Shown in pieces: positions 45,412-58,191 of a stretch of 64,000 nt of DNA. The notes under the pieces are model-generated. The model was given only the letters and a program-made list of their open reading frames with translations, searched no databases and was not told where the DNA came from. Position 1 is the first letter of the stretch, and every line of letters starts with the position of its first letter. Position numbers and translations under genes: made by a program. The stretch is from Octopus bimaculoides (taxonomy: Eukaryota), in contig NC_068984.1 in the NCBI RefSeq assembly GCF_001194135.2, positions 57,166,642 to 57,230,641 on the forward strand, given 5' to 3'.

Positions 45412-46009
45412 CTGATTAGATTTTAAAAAAAAGTCAGTTGTAGTCTTGTAACTTAAAAATCCCTGCCAACTCTCACCCTCAGAATTTAAACAATGTTATT
45501 TATGATAAGTTTTCAAAACTCAGAGTTTATTTTAACTTAAAACTCTTTACAAAAACAGGATCTGAACCTTTTCCTTAAAGACCAAAACTTTACATGCCCA
45601 TTCACCAAACTGTAAATATATTTTATTTAACCTCTACATTAAACCAATTGTTTGTAAAACAGTCATACTCTTTATATGAATAAAATTGTAACTGTAACTG
45701 TTTTTATGTTCTGATAATTTGCTTTTATATAAATGACACATATTAGTAAGACATTTCTTTTTTATTAGAATTACTTAATCTATTTATACCCTTTGCCACT
45801 ATGACTGTCATAATTTCATGCACATTTTTAAAAGAAAATGATCAACATCTAAACAGAGTTTTAAATGGTGAGACATAGTTTAACTTTCTGAAAATAATAG
45901 TAACTTTAGCTATGCAAGGAGCACTTTGTTTCAAAACAATAAAAATACATACCCACATATACACAGACAAAAAAGCTATTATTTTTTAATATTTCAATAA
46001 ACAAACATT

Positions 46010-46205
46010 ATTGTTGTATAGTTACAGGTCAGTCCCAATCAGGCAGAAATATGATTGTAGGTATCTCAGGTGTGACCTTTGTTTTGTTTTCAGATATTGG
46101 GTGTATAAAATTACATTATATAACATATCGTTTTCAAAAGCATAAGGTGCAATTTCAGTGAGATTTGACTATTTCTAGCAAGTCAAGTGACCACATAGAC
46201 GCTGC
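46010..46205 (-). repeat. Family G repeat
   Basis: ttgttg..caggtcagtccc..tttcagatattgg..gagatttgactatttctagcaagtcaagtgaccacataga. Confidence 0.7.
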
Positions 46206-47079
46206 CACATTGACATGTAAGAATGATGGTCTTCAAGGTAAACGTTCACACTTGGTCAAAAGCCAATGGATATTGACACAGATGAAAGCAGTTTGTCCAG
46301 CTGATTGTTTCTCGTATTATTGTATTATTCATTCAGACTTCATCATTGTTGTGATAATGTGTGTTTGCTTAGCAGAACTTTTCAATTAAAATTGTTACAT
46401 GCAAACATACATGGCTGACCTGATCTTCTTTATTTATTTGAGGCCTTGTGCTCATTTAAATTCTTTTTTTTTTCTTTTGTTACCGTTTGTTAGTTATAAC
46501 TTGAAACGTCATAGATACAAATCATAATCATAAGTGCCATAACAAATGAGGTAAATATGAAGCATGATTTCTGCTAGCTGAAAACTGTAGCTTAATAGCT
46601 GTAAAACTACTGACATAAACATAATGGCATTTATTACTTTATTGGGTACAGTTTTATATACATGAATATACTTATTATAAGAAATTTTGAAATTCATTAA
46701 ACATGCAATTTTGTCTGTTTATGGGATAATTAAAATCTGGAAAACAACTCAAAGCATTTACGTTTTCATCTTATGTCTTCATCTGATACACAGTAACATA
46801 ATTAATTTGAGGTGCATAAAGTAACTTTGAATGAATGAAATATAGGTGTGTACAATCATATTCAACATATCTGTGTGCACTTGGACTTGAAAAGACCTTT
46901 TGCTGCAGAAGTAGCCTCTAGAAAAAATTCTTCTCTCTGATGATGTGTGTGCAAATACATCATTAACTTTTGAATGACATCACCAGACCTTAGGATGCAT
47001 GCATTTTATACACACTGAATCAGTCATTCATAGCCCTCTAAGATTGGTTGTTCTTATATATAAGAACAGGAAAATTCAT

Positions 47080-47608
47080 TGACTGGTACCCATGCCAACC
47101 TTCCTTCATTGCACACTAAACTCAGCTTGCAAAGACCTGTTGGGGCAAGTGTGATCAAAACTGAACCAAATTTGATGACTGGTACCCATGCCAGTGGAGC
47201 ACTAACAGCCCCCTCCAAGCGGGATCACTGCCAGAACAGCAGTCTTGCTCCTGTGCCGGTGGCAAGTAAAAAGCACCATTTGAGTATGACTGTTTCCAGC
47301 TTCGCCTTACTGGCACTTGTGCCGGTTGCATGTGAACAAAACCTTGGACTGACTCCTGTGCAGGTGGCACGTAAAAAACACCATTTGAGCGTGGCCATTG
47401 CTAGTACCGCCAGACTGGCCCCCGTGCCTGTGGCGCATAAAAAGCACCCACTTCACTCTCAGAGTGGTTGGCGTTAGGAAGGGCATCCAGCTGTAGAAAC
47501 TCTGCCAGAACAGATTGGAGTCTGGTGTAGCCATCTGTTTCGCCAGTCCCCAGTCAAATTGTCCAACCCATGCTAGCATGGAAAGCGGACGTTAAATGAT
47601 GATGATGA
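47080..47608 (+). mobile_element. Family B element, long copy with internal degenerate repeats
   Basis: Repeated (g/t)gccggt(g/t)gca(c/t)gt(a/g)aa..ca(c)catttgag units, then gtggttggcgttaggaagggcatccagctgtagaaactctgcc..gttaaatgatgatgatg. Confidence 0.92.
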
Positions 47609-50279
47609 ATATGTGGAAACACAGCATTGGTCTATGAATGATGTCATATAATGCATGCATTTTTGCATTGTTACACTTCATCTGCTACAGACACTGAATC
47701 AGTCGGTTGTTCTTGGAGGACTGTGCATGACTGACTACATGAGAGCATTAGATATGATTGAACACTTCTATATAGTAAAATAATTGATTGACATTTTGGT
47801 AAGAATGAAAGGTAAAATTTATTCAAAATAGGATTTGAATTTTGAAATGGGAGACAAATGTGAAATTGTCTCTCTCTATCAGCTGCAGACTCCAAACGTC
47901 AGCTACAGTAAACAGCACAAATGTGTGCATGTGTGTGTGTCAGACATATGTATATACTTACACGCATTCACATTGCTTAAGCTGTGTTGTATGCTATGTT
48001 TGTTATAAAAAACTTGTAATGACTATCAATTACTGGAACTTAAACTTAATATTTTTTTTTTTCATCTCATAAGTTATCAGTAATGATCACAGGCATTTGT
48101 TTTGTGTTCTTTGGAGTGATGTCTAATAGATTAGTTTGAGAAAATTCCCCTAGCTTTGTCCAAACTTTGGGCGTGACTATTATAACTGAAACCATTTGTG
48201 GTACTTGAATAAAGAAAACCATTCTCAACAGCTTTTCTTCTCTTAGTAAAAGTAAATGTTACCTCCTTAGAAAAGGACAACTTTACTTAAAGCTGCCTCT
48301 TGTCTGACTGACACTCATTTGTTTAGTGTTGTTTATCAAGTGGGTTCTTTTCTCCTTTTTTCTTTTTTTTTTTTGTAACATAATTTATATTTGCTTTTCT
48401 CTGTAAACTTTCTTACTGGCCACTTGTTAACTCAGGGTCAAGTGTCCATAGCCTGTGAATATACATTTAGATGTTGTTACTGGGCACATACAGCTTTTTA
48501 ACTTGCATTGCCAACATGCTTGTTACTTTGTGATCCATTTTTAGTAAATAATATTCATGGAACCATGAAGCATTTACAATGGGTATATCCGAGGATTTCC
48601 CGGATGAATCTAACCTAGAAGCATGGATGTTACTGTATGACGATTATAAGGTATATGAGACTCTTCCCACATTAGCTCACTTAAAATAAATTTTTTAAAA
48701 CTCCCCAGATTCTAAGAAGACTGCATGTCTAAAATAAGCTCTGTGTAAAAATTGCTTTTGAAACCTGTAAAACTTACTCATAATATCTTTTAGACACTTG
48801 CTTTATGAATTGTAACTTAAATATTCAAGTTAGCTATTATGTACTATTAGGACACCTTACAATTTAAATAATATTTATTACTTTTATCTTTAATTATTGT
48901 TTTTACCCTAGCTTGCTCTAACAGTTTGTGTAAATAATTGTATTTGAATAGAGTTTTAACTTCAAAATCTTCAATATTTATGAAAATGTTTGTGAATGTA
49001 TATGTATACACTTACATTGAGAATTTGCTTTGTTTTTCTGGGTCTTTTGATCAAACTAATATGTAATTTTCTTTACAATTGTTTGACATTATTATTACTG
49101 TATGATGATTTAAAGATATTCTATTTCTTATTGAAATAAGCTTTAAACAACTTAAGAATCTACTAAACATAATGATGCTCCAGTTTTAAAGAGTGTAGAT
49201 ATAGTATTAAAATAAGTTGTTTTGTTTTAACATATATTTTATTCATATATTATTGTCTCTGGTGTATTACTAAACTACTGAAAGAAAAACATCCTGTGAA
49301 ACAAAAACAAGTTTTTTGCCTTAGACATTGCACTTTACAATGGTAATATGTATTTATCCTATTCTAATTCATTCATAACGTTCAGTGTTACAGTGTCCTG
49401 CACATACATAACTCTTTAGCTTAAATTGTCCCAAATACATAATAGATATTTTACATTACACTTCTTTATCTTAATCTCTATGCCTGGAGAGAATTTAGAC
49501 TGGTCACAGTTCATAACTGGGAAGTAATTGTAAGGAAATCCAGCCATAAAACTTTTGTTTTAATTATTGATTAATAATGACCATATTACTGTCCTTACCA
49601 TATCTTTAACTATAATATCTTAAATGAATATATGAAGGAAGAAATAATTTTAAGATTGAAAACTGAAGTTCAAATCCTTAAGAGAATTTTCATAAATATA
49701 ATATTATCTAGGATAATAGATTATTAGGAATCATACAGACTATATGATGTGAAAGATTATAAGACTTTCCTAATGATAAAGCATATGACTAAAGCAGATG
49801 ATCCATATACACAATATATTTAATATGAGTGTGTGACTGTATCAGCAATACTCATGTTGCATCAACTGCTTGCATTTCTAAAGATATGCAAAAATAATGT
49901 AGCTATTAGTAATCTAACGACATGAAAAATAATCAATATGAAAGTAATTCCACATAAAAACAAATCTTCAATGACTCGTATCTTAAGGACTGGTGGATGC
50001 ATATGGAAAAAAACATAATAAAAAAGTTGTAAAATGAAATTAGTATAAGAAAATAAAAACAAACAGATCCTCTTAAATTGTTAAAGATTGTGTTGAGAAG
50101 TAAAGAATAAGTATTTAAATGATGATGAAAAATGTTTTTTGTTACTTCACTTTTCTTTAAATTGTATGTTTAAAAATATAAAAAGTAACAAAACAAAATA
50201 TATCTTTTAAGATTAATGTTAAGTGATATAAGATCTTGATAAAGAGATAATATTGAAGTCTGTCTTCTCTCCCCACCTC

Positions 50280-50320
<41 letters not shown>

Positions 50321-50387
50321 CTATTTGTACATACACACACACATACATTTTTCTTCTCTGCTCTTTGTGCATTAACATATACTTCAA

Positions 50388-50434
<47 letters not shown>

Positions 50435-50764
50435 AGTGGTGATATGTAATCAAGTTGTAGCTATTGCACTTCTAAAGACTTGAATATTACAATTATCATT
50501 TCTCATAGTGCTCATGCTTACATGCAGAAGGAAGTGATGAAAGCATTCTTATATTTCCTCTCTGTTATGACACTATGGTATAATGCAGCACTATTTTCCT
50601 TGATACATGAGCTATGATTAGATATGAATATGCTTTTTAAATGACATATAGAATGCATGAAGGAACATTCATAACATATATGTATGCATTTGTGTGCATT
50701 TCTATGTGCATATACTATGTTTGTATATCGTCATATTCTTGTTGGTCACTAAAAACAGTTATTT

Positions 50765-50890
50765 TGATGCCCTGTTGTTGTGACTCAGGTCAGTCCCACT
50801 GAGCAACTTTTATGATCAAATATATTTCGGCCATAACCAACCATCCTTCTTTCAAGCATGGCATATCTATGACTACATTATCCACAGCTG
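50765..50890 (-). repeat. Family G repeat, partial
   Basis: tgttgttgtgactcaggtcagtccc..gagcaacttttatgatcaaa..gactacattatcca. Confidence 0.72.
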
Positions 50891-50940
50891 ATAGCTATGT
50901 TTATTATTTATGTTTGGTTTAATTAATGTGTGTGTGGGGG

Positions 50941-50950
50941 NNNNNNNNNN
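50941..50950. other. Assembly gap (10 N) in a poly-G run
   Basis: N-run flanked by G tracts. Confidence 0.99.
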
Positions 50951-51789
50951 GGGGGGGGGGGGGTGACACACACAGGTGAGAGAGAGAAACAACATAGAGA
51001 AAATAATAGTTTCACAAAGTGAAAGCTCATCATATAAACTTACTAATTAGTCTGCAAAACAAATAGTTGGTAGTTAAAAGAAGGAAGTACTGACAAGCAT
51101 TCTGATTGCAAAAGCTATTTTAGAACTACTAAATTAGACTGATATTATTATTTGTAAAACAGTCTATTTGACAGTAGTTTGCTATTTAAATCGTACAACC
51201 AAGTAATCATGTCAAGATTGATTAATGTCTGCCATCTTCATGGGGCAAATAACATGGCTTTCTTACTCAGGCTCAAGGCCATATTTCCCTTTATTTTTCT
51301 TCTCTGCTCTCCCTTCCCTCAAGGAAATTAATTGCTCTATATTTATTGCAGGAACTTTTCCTGTATTTTTTTTGTTGGTTGTTGAAGGGGTATCTGAGTC
51401 ACAGGCAGTAGGGTAGCAATCATTACATTTTTTTACTGAGCCTCTGAGACTAGTTTAAGTGTGGGCCTTGCAATGATAACAATTTTATGTTGATACCAGT
51501 GAAAATTGAACTCAGAATCTATAGAGATAAAACTACATATAATGTTACTTCATCTCCGACAGCACTAATGCCTTTTTTGTATGGAATATATACCAATTTT
51601 CCTAAGAGAGCATTATAAAGAATTTAACTAATCTTAGTATAATAATTAGTTACGAGGAAAACTAAAATCTTCCTAGAGATGCACATCAGTAATATACTGG
51701 AAGGGATAGGGGAAAAGTTAACCCCCAATACAACTTTATTTTAAGCTAATAGTCATGTTATATATTAGTTATCTACCTTCCACTGAGAT

Positions 51790-52430
51790 TTATATCGCGC
51801 TTCCATATACAATAAATGACTAAACATTGATGGCAAGTCAATAGAATATGCGTTTTGTAAGATGTTAGATTTTATCAGTTACCCTTTTTCTATATCTTGA
51901 TATGGAAGTTTTGCAGAGGAAGTTGGCTCTTGTCTGTATTTATAACATATTTTTTTCCCTGCCTTTTATAATTTGCGTTGCAAATTTACTGTTTTCATTT
52001 AGCTTTGCCGTGGCTAATGGAAGGGAAGTAACTCGTATTAGACATGTTCTTTGTCTTTTAGGACTTTTATTCTGATTTACTGTGCTTTTAATTAAATATC
52101 GGAACGAAATTTTATATCATACAACTGTTATTGATTTCTTTTTTTTAGAAAAGCGATGTAGAGGTGTCCAGCTATAATCTTTTATTCTCGTTTTACAATA
52201 TATGACTTAATTTACTGAAGCTCTTCACTCGTGGAAGCGGATGACGAAGAATTTCCGAGTTTGCAGACAATCTGTCTTTTAGAATACAAAAGAATATCGA
52301 TTATTTTTCATCAGCTTCCTTTTAATTCATTATGCTTTTGTCATTTCGCTACGAATTGTCACAATTTTATTTAAGATTTTGCTAAATGTGTTGTTGATAA
52401 AATGTCACAAACACTTTGTCGCTACCTGTA
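51790..52430. promoter_or_regulatory. CpG-retaining unique segment, candidate promoter or first exon
   Basis: About 18 CpG in ~640 bp by manual count, versus about 4 in 48700-50730. A + strand donor-like site CCT|gtaagg follows 52427. Confidence 0.4.
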
Positions 52431-53204
52431 AGGGAAATAACTTTTACTGACTTAAGCTGCCAACACACTTAAAATTCTTTAACATTGCAATCGAAATTTT
52501 TTCCTTAATAGCTATAATAATAATAATAATAATAATAATAATTATAATTATCTTAAAATGCTTGATGTCCTCAATAATATTTGTTCTTTTTTTTGCCTAT
52601 ACATTTTTTCTGTTTTTACAAGCTACTTTTTCTTGCTATTCTTTCTGTATGTTTGCATATATTCAGAATTTTTTTGTGGGCCTTATATATTTATTTCTTA
52701 CAAAGCACAACACTTTGAATAATGAGATTATGTGACAAGGGGTGAACCTCGTAAAACAAAATAGTGAACAAGGTCTGCAACTATTTATAAATTCCAAACT
52801 AGATCTGATTTACAATATATTAAAATTGTAAATCTGATCTAGTATTCCTTGAGGAAAACCTGAATGCCAAAGCTACTCTAAAAGAAAAAACTGCCTTTAT
52901 GCTTATGCAAAGAAACAAGAAGACAAAATCTATTTTGGAATTGGACATTTTTCTTAGTGATTTTTTTTTTAATGTATAATATAGAGAACTGTTTCTAGAA
53001 TATGAAATATATATTATTTTTTGAATCGGAGGATTTCTGTCTCCACCTCCCCCCATCTACTTCACTTCAAATATAGATGAGTGCTAAAAGCTTTAAATTC
53101 TAATGTTACTCTCAGAACATCTCTCTTGGATTCTTATCCTGTAAAATTTTCAACAATCAATACTATTCTCTTTTTTTTTTCTAAAATATAAACAATATAA
53201 CAAA

Positions 53205-53600
53205 ATTAATTTACAAACTATGTTTTACTTGTTTCAGTCATTAGGCTATGACCATACTGGGGCACCACCTTGAAGAATTTTTTAGTCAAATGAATTGACC
53301 CCAATACCTATCATTTTTTAAAGCCTGATACATATTCTATCAGTCTCTCTTTACTGAACTGCTAAGTTAGGAGACCATAAACACACCAATACTGGTTGTC
53401 AAGCAGTAGTGGGGGACAAACAAACACACACGCATACACGATAGGCTTCTTTCAGTTTCCATCTACCAAACCACTCACAAGGCTTTGGTCAGCCTGAGGC
53501 TAGAGTAAAAAAAACACTCACCCAAAGTGTCACACAGTGGGACTGAACCCAGAACCATGTGGTTGGGAAGCAGACTTCTTACCACATTGTCATGCCTGTT
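53205..53600 (-). mobile_element. SINE family A, full length
   Basis: ttttacttgtttcagtcatt..aggcttctttcagtttccatctacc..gtgggactgaacccagaaccatgtggttgggaagc..cttaccaca. Confidence 0.92.
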
Positions 53601-53769
53601 ATTGAAAAATTAATACAGATAAAAAAGTATTGTGAAAGCATGTAGGCACGATTTTAAATACACTAATTCAATGTTGCTTCACAATTTGATATAATGTTTA
53701 CCATTAGATATCTTTAGGTGATCTGCTGTGAGAATAATCAGACTTTCTCAAATCATTTGTTGGTGAATA

Positions 53770-53809
<40 letters not shown>

Positions 53810-54335
53810 AACTAGGTATAAGAGGGATCAGATGCAGTGTGCAAGACAGAAGATTGCACTGGTATGGTTATGTGATGCATATGGATGAGGACAGCTGCAT
53901 AATGAAGTGCTGATTTCTAATTGTAGAGGGAACCTGTTGAAGTGGTATACTCAGGAAGACATGGGACAAGGTAGTGAAATATGGTCTTCAGTTGTTGAGC
54001 CTCGTGAAGGTGATGACAAGTGACCAAGACTTCTGGTGAATTACTGTGCTTCAGTAGACACATCAAGCTAAGTGAATCATGGTCATTGCCAGTGGTGATG
54101 ACATGTAAAAGGCACCTATGCTGGTGACATATAGAAGGTGCCTGTGCTGGTGATACATAAAAGACACCTAGTACACTCTGTAAAGTGGTTGGTATTTGGA
54201 AGGGTGTCCAGTAATAGAAACCAAACCAAAACAGGTGACTGGAGCCTGGTGCAATGCTCTGGTTTCCCAGATCTAGTCAAACTGTCTAAACCATGCCGGC
54301 ATGAAAAATAGATGTTAAATGATGTTGATGATCAT
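53810..54335 (+). mobile_element. RTE LINE 3' end continuing into the family B terminus
   Basis: YGYVMHMDEDSCIMKC..VEGTC..RKTWDKVV..DQDFW resembles the RTE C-terminus (WxGHVxRM..GRPRKTW). Ends gatgttaaatgatgttgatgat. Confidence 0.82.
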
Positions 54336-54509
54336 TTGATCACTTACTTCTGGCCTCCCTGCACCTATTATTAACATCAAATCTGCATGAGCCAACAAGG
54401 GAATCTCTACATGGTAAATCAACCAACTATAATTGCACTAAATATCAATGAAATCCCACTCCACTCTCCCTCCCCCCTCTCTCTCCACACACACACACAC
54501 AATGAGCTC

Positions 54510-54660
54510 GCACAATACTTCTGTTTACCAAATTTATTTACCTGGCATTAGTTGGCCAAGGGCTGGAGTAGAAGATATTAGCCCATGGTGCAGTGCTTTG
54601 GGACTGAAGCTGAAACCACATGATTGCTAATCCAAATTGTTAATCCTGCAGGAATGCCTA
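54510..54660 (-). mobile_element. SINE family A, head part, degraded
   Basis: gttggccaagggctggagtagaaga..gtgcagtgctttgggactgaa..aaaccacatg. Confidence 0.65.
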
Positions 54661-55967
54661 TTTCATGTATTTAAAAAATTTTTTAGGGATTTTACTTTTA
54701 TTCAATATTATTTACACTATCATGTATTTTGAATTGTTTTGCTGCTTCCTTCTTAAAATTCATTTCATCTCTTCCAAATTTAAATTTAAGATAGTGAAAA
54801 TGATATTTTGAAGTATATTCTTTTTCAAGTATATACGTTAAACACACTTAAAACATGATGTGTTCATGAATAAGTGCTGGATTCTTCATTTATACACATC
54901 TTTCTTTGTGGGAGCAAATTGTCATAACTTGATTTCACTATGCATTATTTTGTTATTATTGTTATCTTTAAAAGAAAGGCAATTTTAAGGTTAATATTTT
55001 ACTGATGTTTGAGGTAATGCTGTTAAAAATAACTAACAATTTATAATTCAAATCTTACATGAAAAGATTATATTATTATTATAATTTCAGTTGAGGGATC
55101 GTATTTACTTTTAATTAATATTACATTCTAAGATTTGGTGTAGTTAGTAATTGCGGGAGTATATATATGTGTGTATAATATATAAGAGTGACTAAGTGAA
55201 TTAGTATATTGTCAGGATTTGTTTGAAATGAATTATTCTGTAATATAACCTAATTTGCAATGAATGTAGCTTTTTAATGAAAACACAAATGTTGATTAGT
55301 TTGTTTTTAAACTCTAGAAATTAGCAATATTTTGAGTGAGGGCATTCTGTTTGCTATTATACATGTTGTGCAGATTTTTACAATTATACTGTTTAATATG
55401 ATTTTTGTTTCTTATAGGCTATTTCATCTTAATTTTCCAATTACTTTGACATAACAACATTCTGCCAAAATAATGAGAAAATTCAATTGTTAGAAACACA
55501 CTACTAATTTAATTTCATAAAATTATGTTGAAAACCTTTTACTTTTTCATTATTATTTCAGTTACAGTTACATTGGTTAAATCACCTAAATGGATACTTG
55601 CCAATAACAATTTCACATTCTGAAAATGTTATGGTGTAAGTTTTGTCATGTCTGTATCAGTTTATGCTCCTAGAGGTCAATAAAATAATTTCCAAAATTC
55701 TTCCTTTCATTAAATTTAATGTAAGATCCCTTTCCCCCTGTCAAACTTTATAATATAGTTAACAAGAGAAACGTTAGGATTACTTGAATCATAATCTGCC
55801 AAAGTGGTTAGTATTTTACCTAGTTGACACTTAACAATTCTGTTTTACCAGTACAGTCCCAAAAGTAATGTTATAGTGGCTTTTATTTTGCTTTATGCTG
55901 CTAATTCTTTCTCCAGCATGATTATTTGCAAAGGCCAATAAGTGATAAATCTAAGTTAAACAGAACT

Positions 55968-56170
55968 ATTGTTATTGTTGTCTAGAGCCACGTCAGTTGT
56001 AATCAAACAAGTCTATGATTTAAGATGTTTCAGCTGTGATCATTTCATTTTCATTGGGGTATAATGCATCTTGGACTTTGTCATCAGATGTGTCTTACTC
56101 TTTTAAAACAACAGTGTGTGATTTGAAGGCTGCCATTTCTACCAGTTTGAGTAACTCCATAGAGTCTCTC
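55968..56170 (-). repeat. Family G repeat, degraded
   Basis: ttgttgtctagagccacgtcagttg..aagtctatgatttaagatgtttcagctgtgatcat..gtgtgatttgaaggctgccatttctaccag. Confidence 0.7.
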
Positions 56171-57177
56171 TTGTTAATTGGTAGTTTAGGGAAGTATCCA
56201 ATTGTAAATGAGAATTTACCATTTAATTCTACAATGGCAAATTCTCATTTACCAATGTAGAATTATATGTAAAATTCAGGGAAATCTGAATTCTACAATT
56301 TGTCAGTTTAACATTGATAGCCTGTCTTCAACTTAATTACCTTTAAAATAATTCAATATTTATGGAAAGGTTCTATGGTCTAAAAAATAAGATTTTTTGA
56401 CCTTTTTTTCTCAGAAAACAAGTTATTTGACAATAAATTTCCTGATTCTAAAGGCAGAGTTTATCCCAAACAATATATATTCTTTTATACATTTCAGTCC
56501 TAAGGCTGTAGCCATGTTGTATGCAATTTTGTTTAAAATTTAACTGTGCTTCAATAAGAAGCTTTATTGAAGAAAATTATACTTTGTCTTTCGTTTAAAA
56601 TTATTTGAATAAAAAATTGTATTTGAAGTGTTGAAAGTAAGAAATAAATTAGCATAGTACTTGAATACATAAATAGCAGTAAGGCAGATCAGTTTTAAGC
56701 TTCTTTTTCTTTCTTTTCTTTTTTTATATTTCATCTCTGTGAGGTTAACTCAATATTATCTTGAATTCCTTGGTCAAGTTGAAGAACAGTGAATGAGATG
56801 CATGCATTGAGAACTTGACTTGTTTTGGACTAAGACTACAAGGTCATTGATATATGCCTGATTTCAGATGGTGATATTTCATGCCTATAAATGAAATACA
56901 CTATTCTGTTTGTTTGATTATCAACATGTGTCACTCTTCCTCCACAAATGAATAACTAGCAATCACTAAAAAAGGTTATTCATATGTAAACATCACTTAT
57001 TCGATAATGGTTTTACATAAAGTTCTTCTGACAAATATATGCATCCTAAGATTAAGTAGGTATCTGAGAGCGAAGTATAAATGAAATGAAATAGCTACAT
57101 CTAAAATCAAAAGCAGTTCACTAAAAGAACTAGCTACTCATCAGATTTATAAATATAGGTTACATGTTACAATAATA

Positions 57178-57480
57178 GTGAAGATGCGTGGCTTAGTGGT
57201 TAAGGGTATTCAACTTACAATCATAAGGTCATGAGTTCAGTTCCTGGCAGTTTGTTGTGTCCTTGAGCAAAACACTTTATTTCACATTGCTCCAGTCCAC
57301 TCAGCTAGCAAAAATGAGTAATACCTGTATTTCAAAGGGCCAGCCTTGTCACATTGTGTCATGCTGAATCTCCCTGAGAACTACATTAAGGGTACACATG
57401 TCTGTAGAGTGCATGTTAATTTCACAAGCAAGCTGTTCTGTTGATCGGATCAGCTGGAACCCTCATCATCATAATCAATG
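57178..57480 (+). mobile_element. tRNA-derived SINE (family D head, family E tail)
   Basis: A box tggcttagtggttaag, B box gagttcagttcc, ttgagcaaaacactttatttcacattgctccag shared with 13498, tail shared with 37318. Confidence 0.88.
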
Positions 57481-57497
57481 AATTGCATGCATTTTTC

Positions 57498-57594
57498 TTT
57501 AGTTGAGAACTGGGAGTCGATATAATCAACTTACTCAGTCTCCAAAATTGCTGGTCTTGTGCCAAAATTTGAAACCATTTCTATTATTATTATT
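57498..57594 (+). mobile_element. SINE family C tail fragment with (ATT)n end
   Basis: gagaactgggagtcgatataatcaact..ccaaaattgctggtcttgtgccaaaatttgaaacc, then tattattattatt. Confidence 0.75.
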
Positions 57595-58191
57595 TTGGTT
57601 TCACTCAGGTTCAGTCTTATTCCTGGTAAGATTTATGTGGGTAGCAGGTTACTACCTATAACCTTAGGTATCCACAAGTTTTCTGCAGTCTTTCAAGTTC
57701 TTAGAGCCCTTTTGATAATTATCAAGACAGCAAAGATTATAATCTTTGCTGTCCCTAAGAGGCAAATTTTCTGTAAGGTATTCTATTTCAACCTCCTTCA
57801 GGCAGTCATCTGTATCTTGGCTTACAGTTCCCAACACACAAATTTTTATAGGCAAGACCTTTACTGTTTGCATACTCCAAATTCATCTTATTTCAGATAT
57901 TAAGGGGTTGTACTTTCTTTGTTTTTTTGTCCTCTTTCTTTATGATCCTGGAATCAAACGAGCATGATGGGTCGATAAATAAGCAACTTCGCTTTTCCTT
58001 CTCTATAATTGTTATGTCTGGTCTATTATTTTCCAACTTCTTATCTGTTTGAATAGGAAAGTTCCACAAAATTTTACATTTTTCTGACTCCAGTACTCAT
58101 TCAACTCAACGATTGTACCATGTGTTTCCATCTTCAAATCCCCATTTCTGGCACAGTTTCCAGCATAGAACTTTTACAACCTGGTCGTGTC
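57595..58191 (-). mobile_element. RLE-class (R4/Dong-like) 3' end, degraded, 5'-truncated at RHD
   Basis: The minus strand begins RHDQVVKVLCWKLCQKWGF, then KILWNFPIQTDKKLENNRPDITIIEK..LFIDPSCSFD, and VLPIKICVLGTV. (TAA)n on both flanks. Confidence 0.88.

Noticed and set aside
46933-47022. C/D snoRNA-like layout (ctgATGATGt .. CTGA atcag, ~85 nt)
   Set aside because: The C box is imperfect and I could not match a guide to rRNA or snRNA. snoScan or Infernal would be needed.
56096-56240. Apparent minus-strand exon (..MELLKLVEMAAFKSHTVVLK) with a strong GA|gtaaga donor
   Set aside because: The sequence aligns with repeat family G, so frame and donor are repeat-derived.
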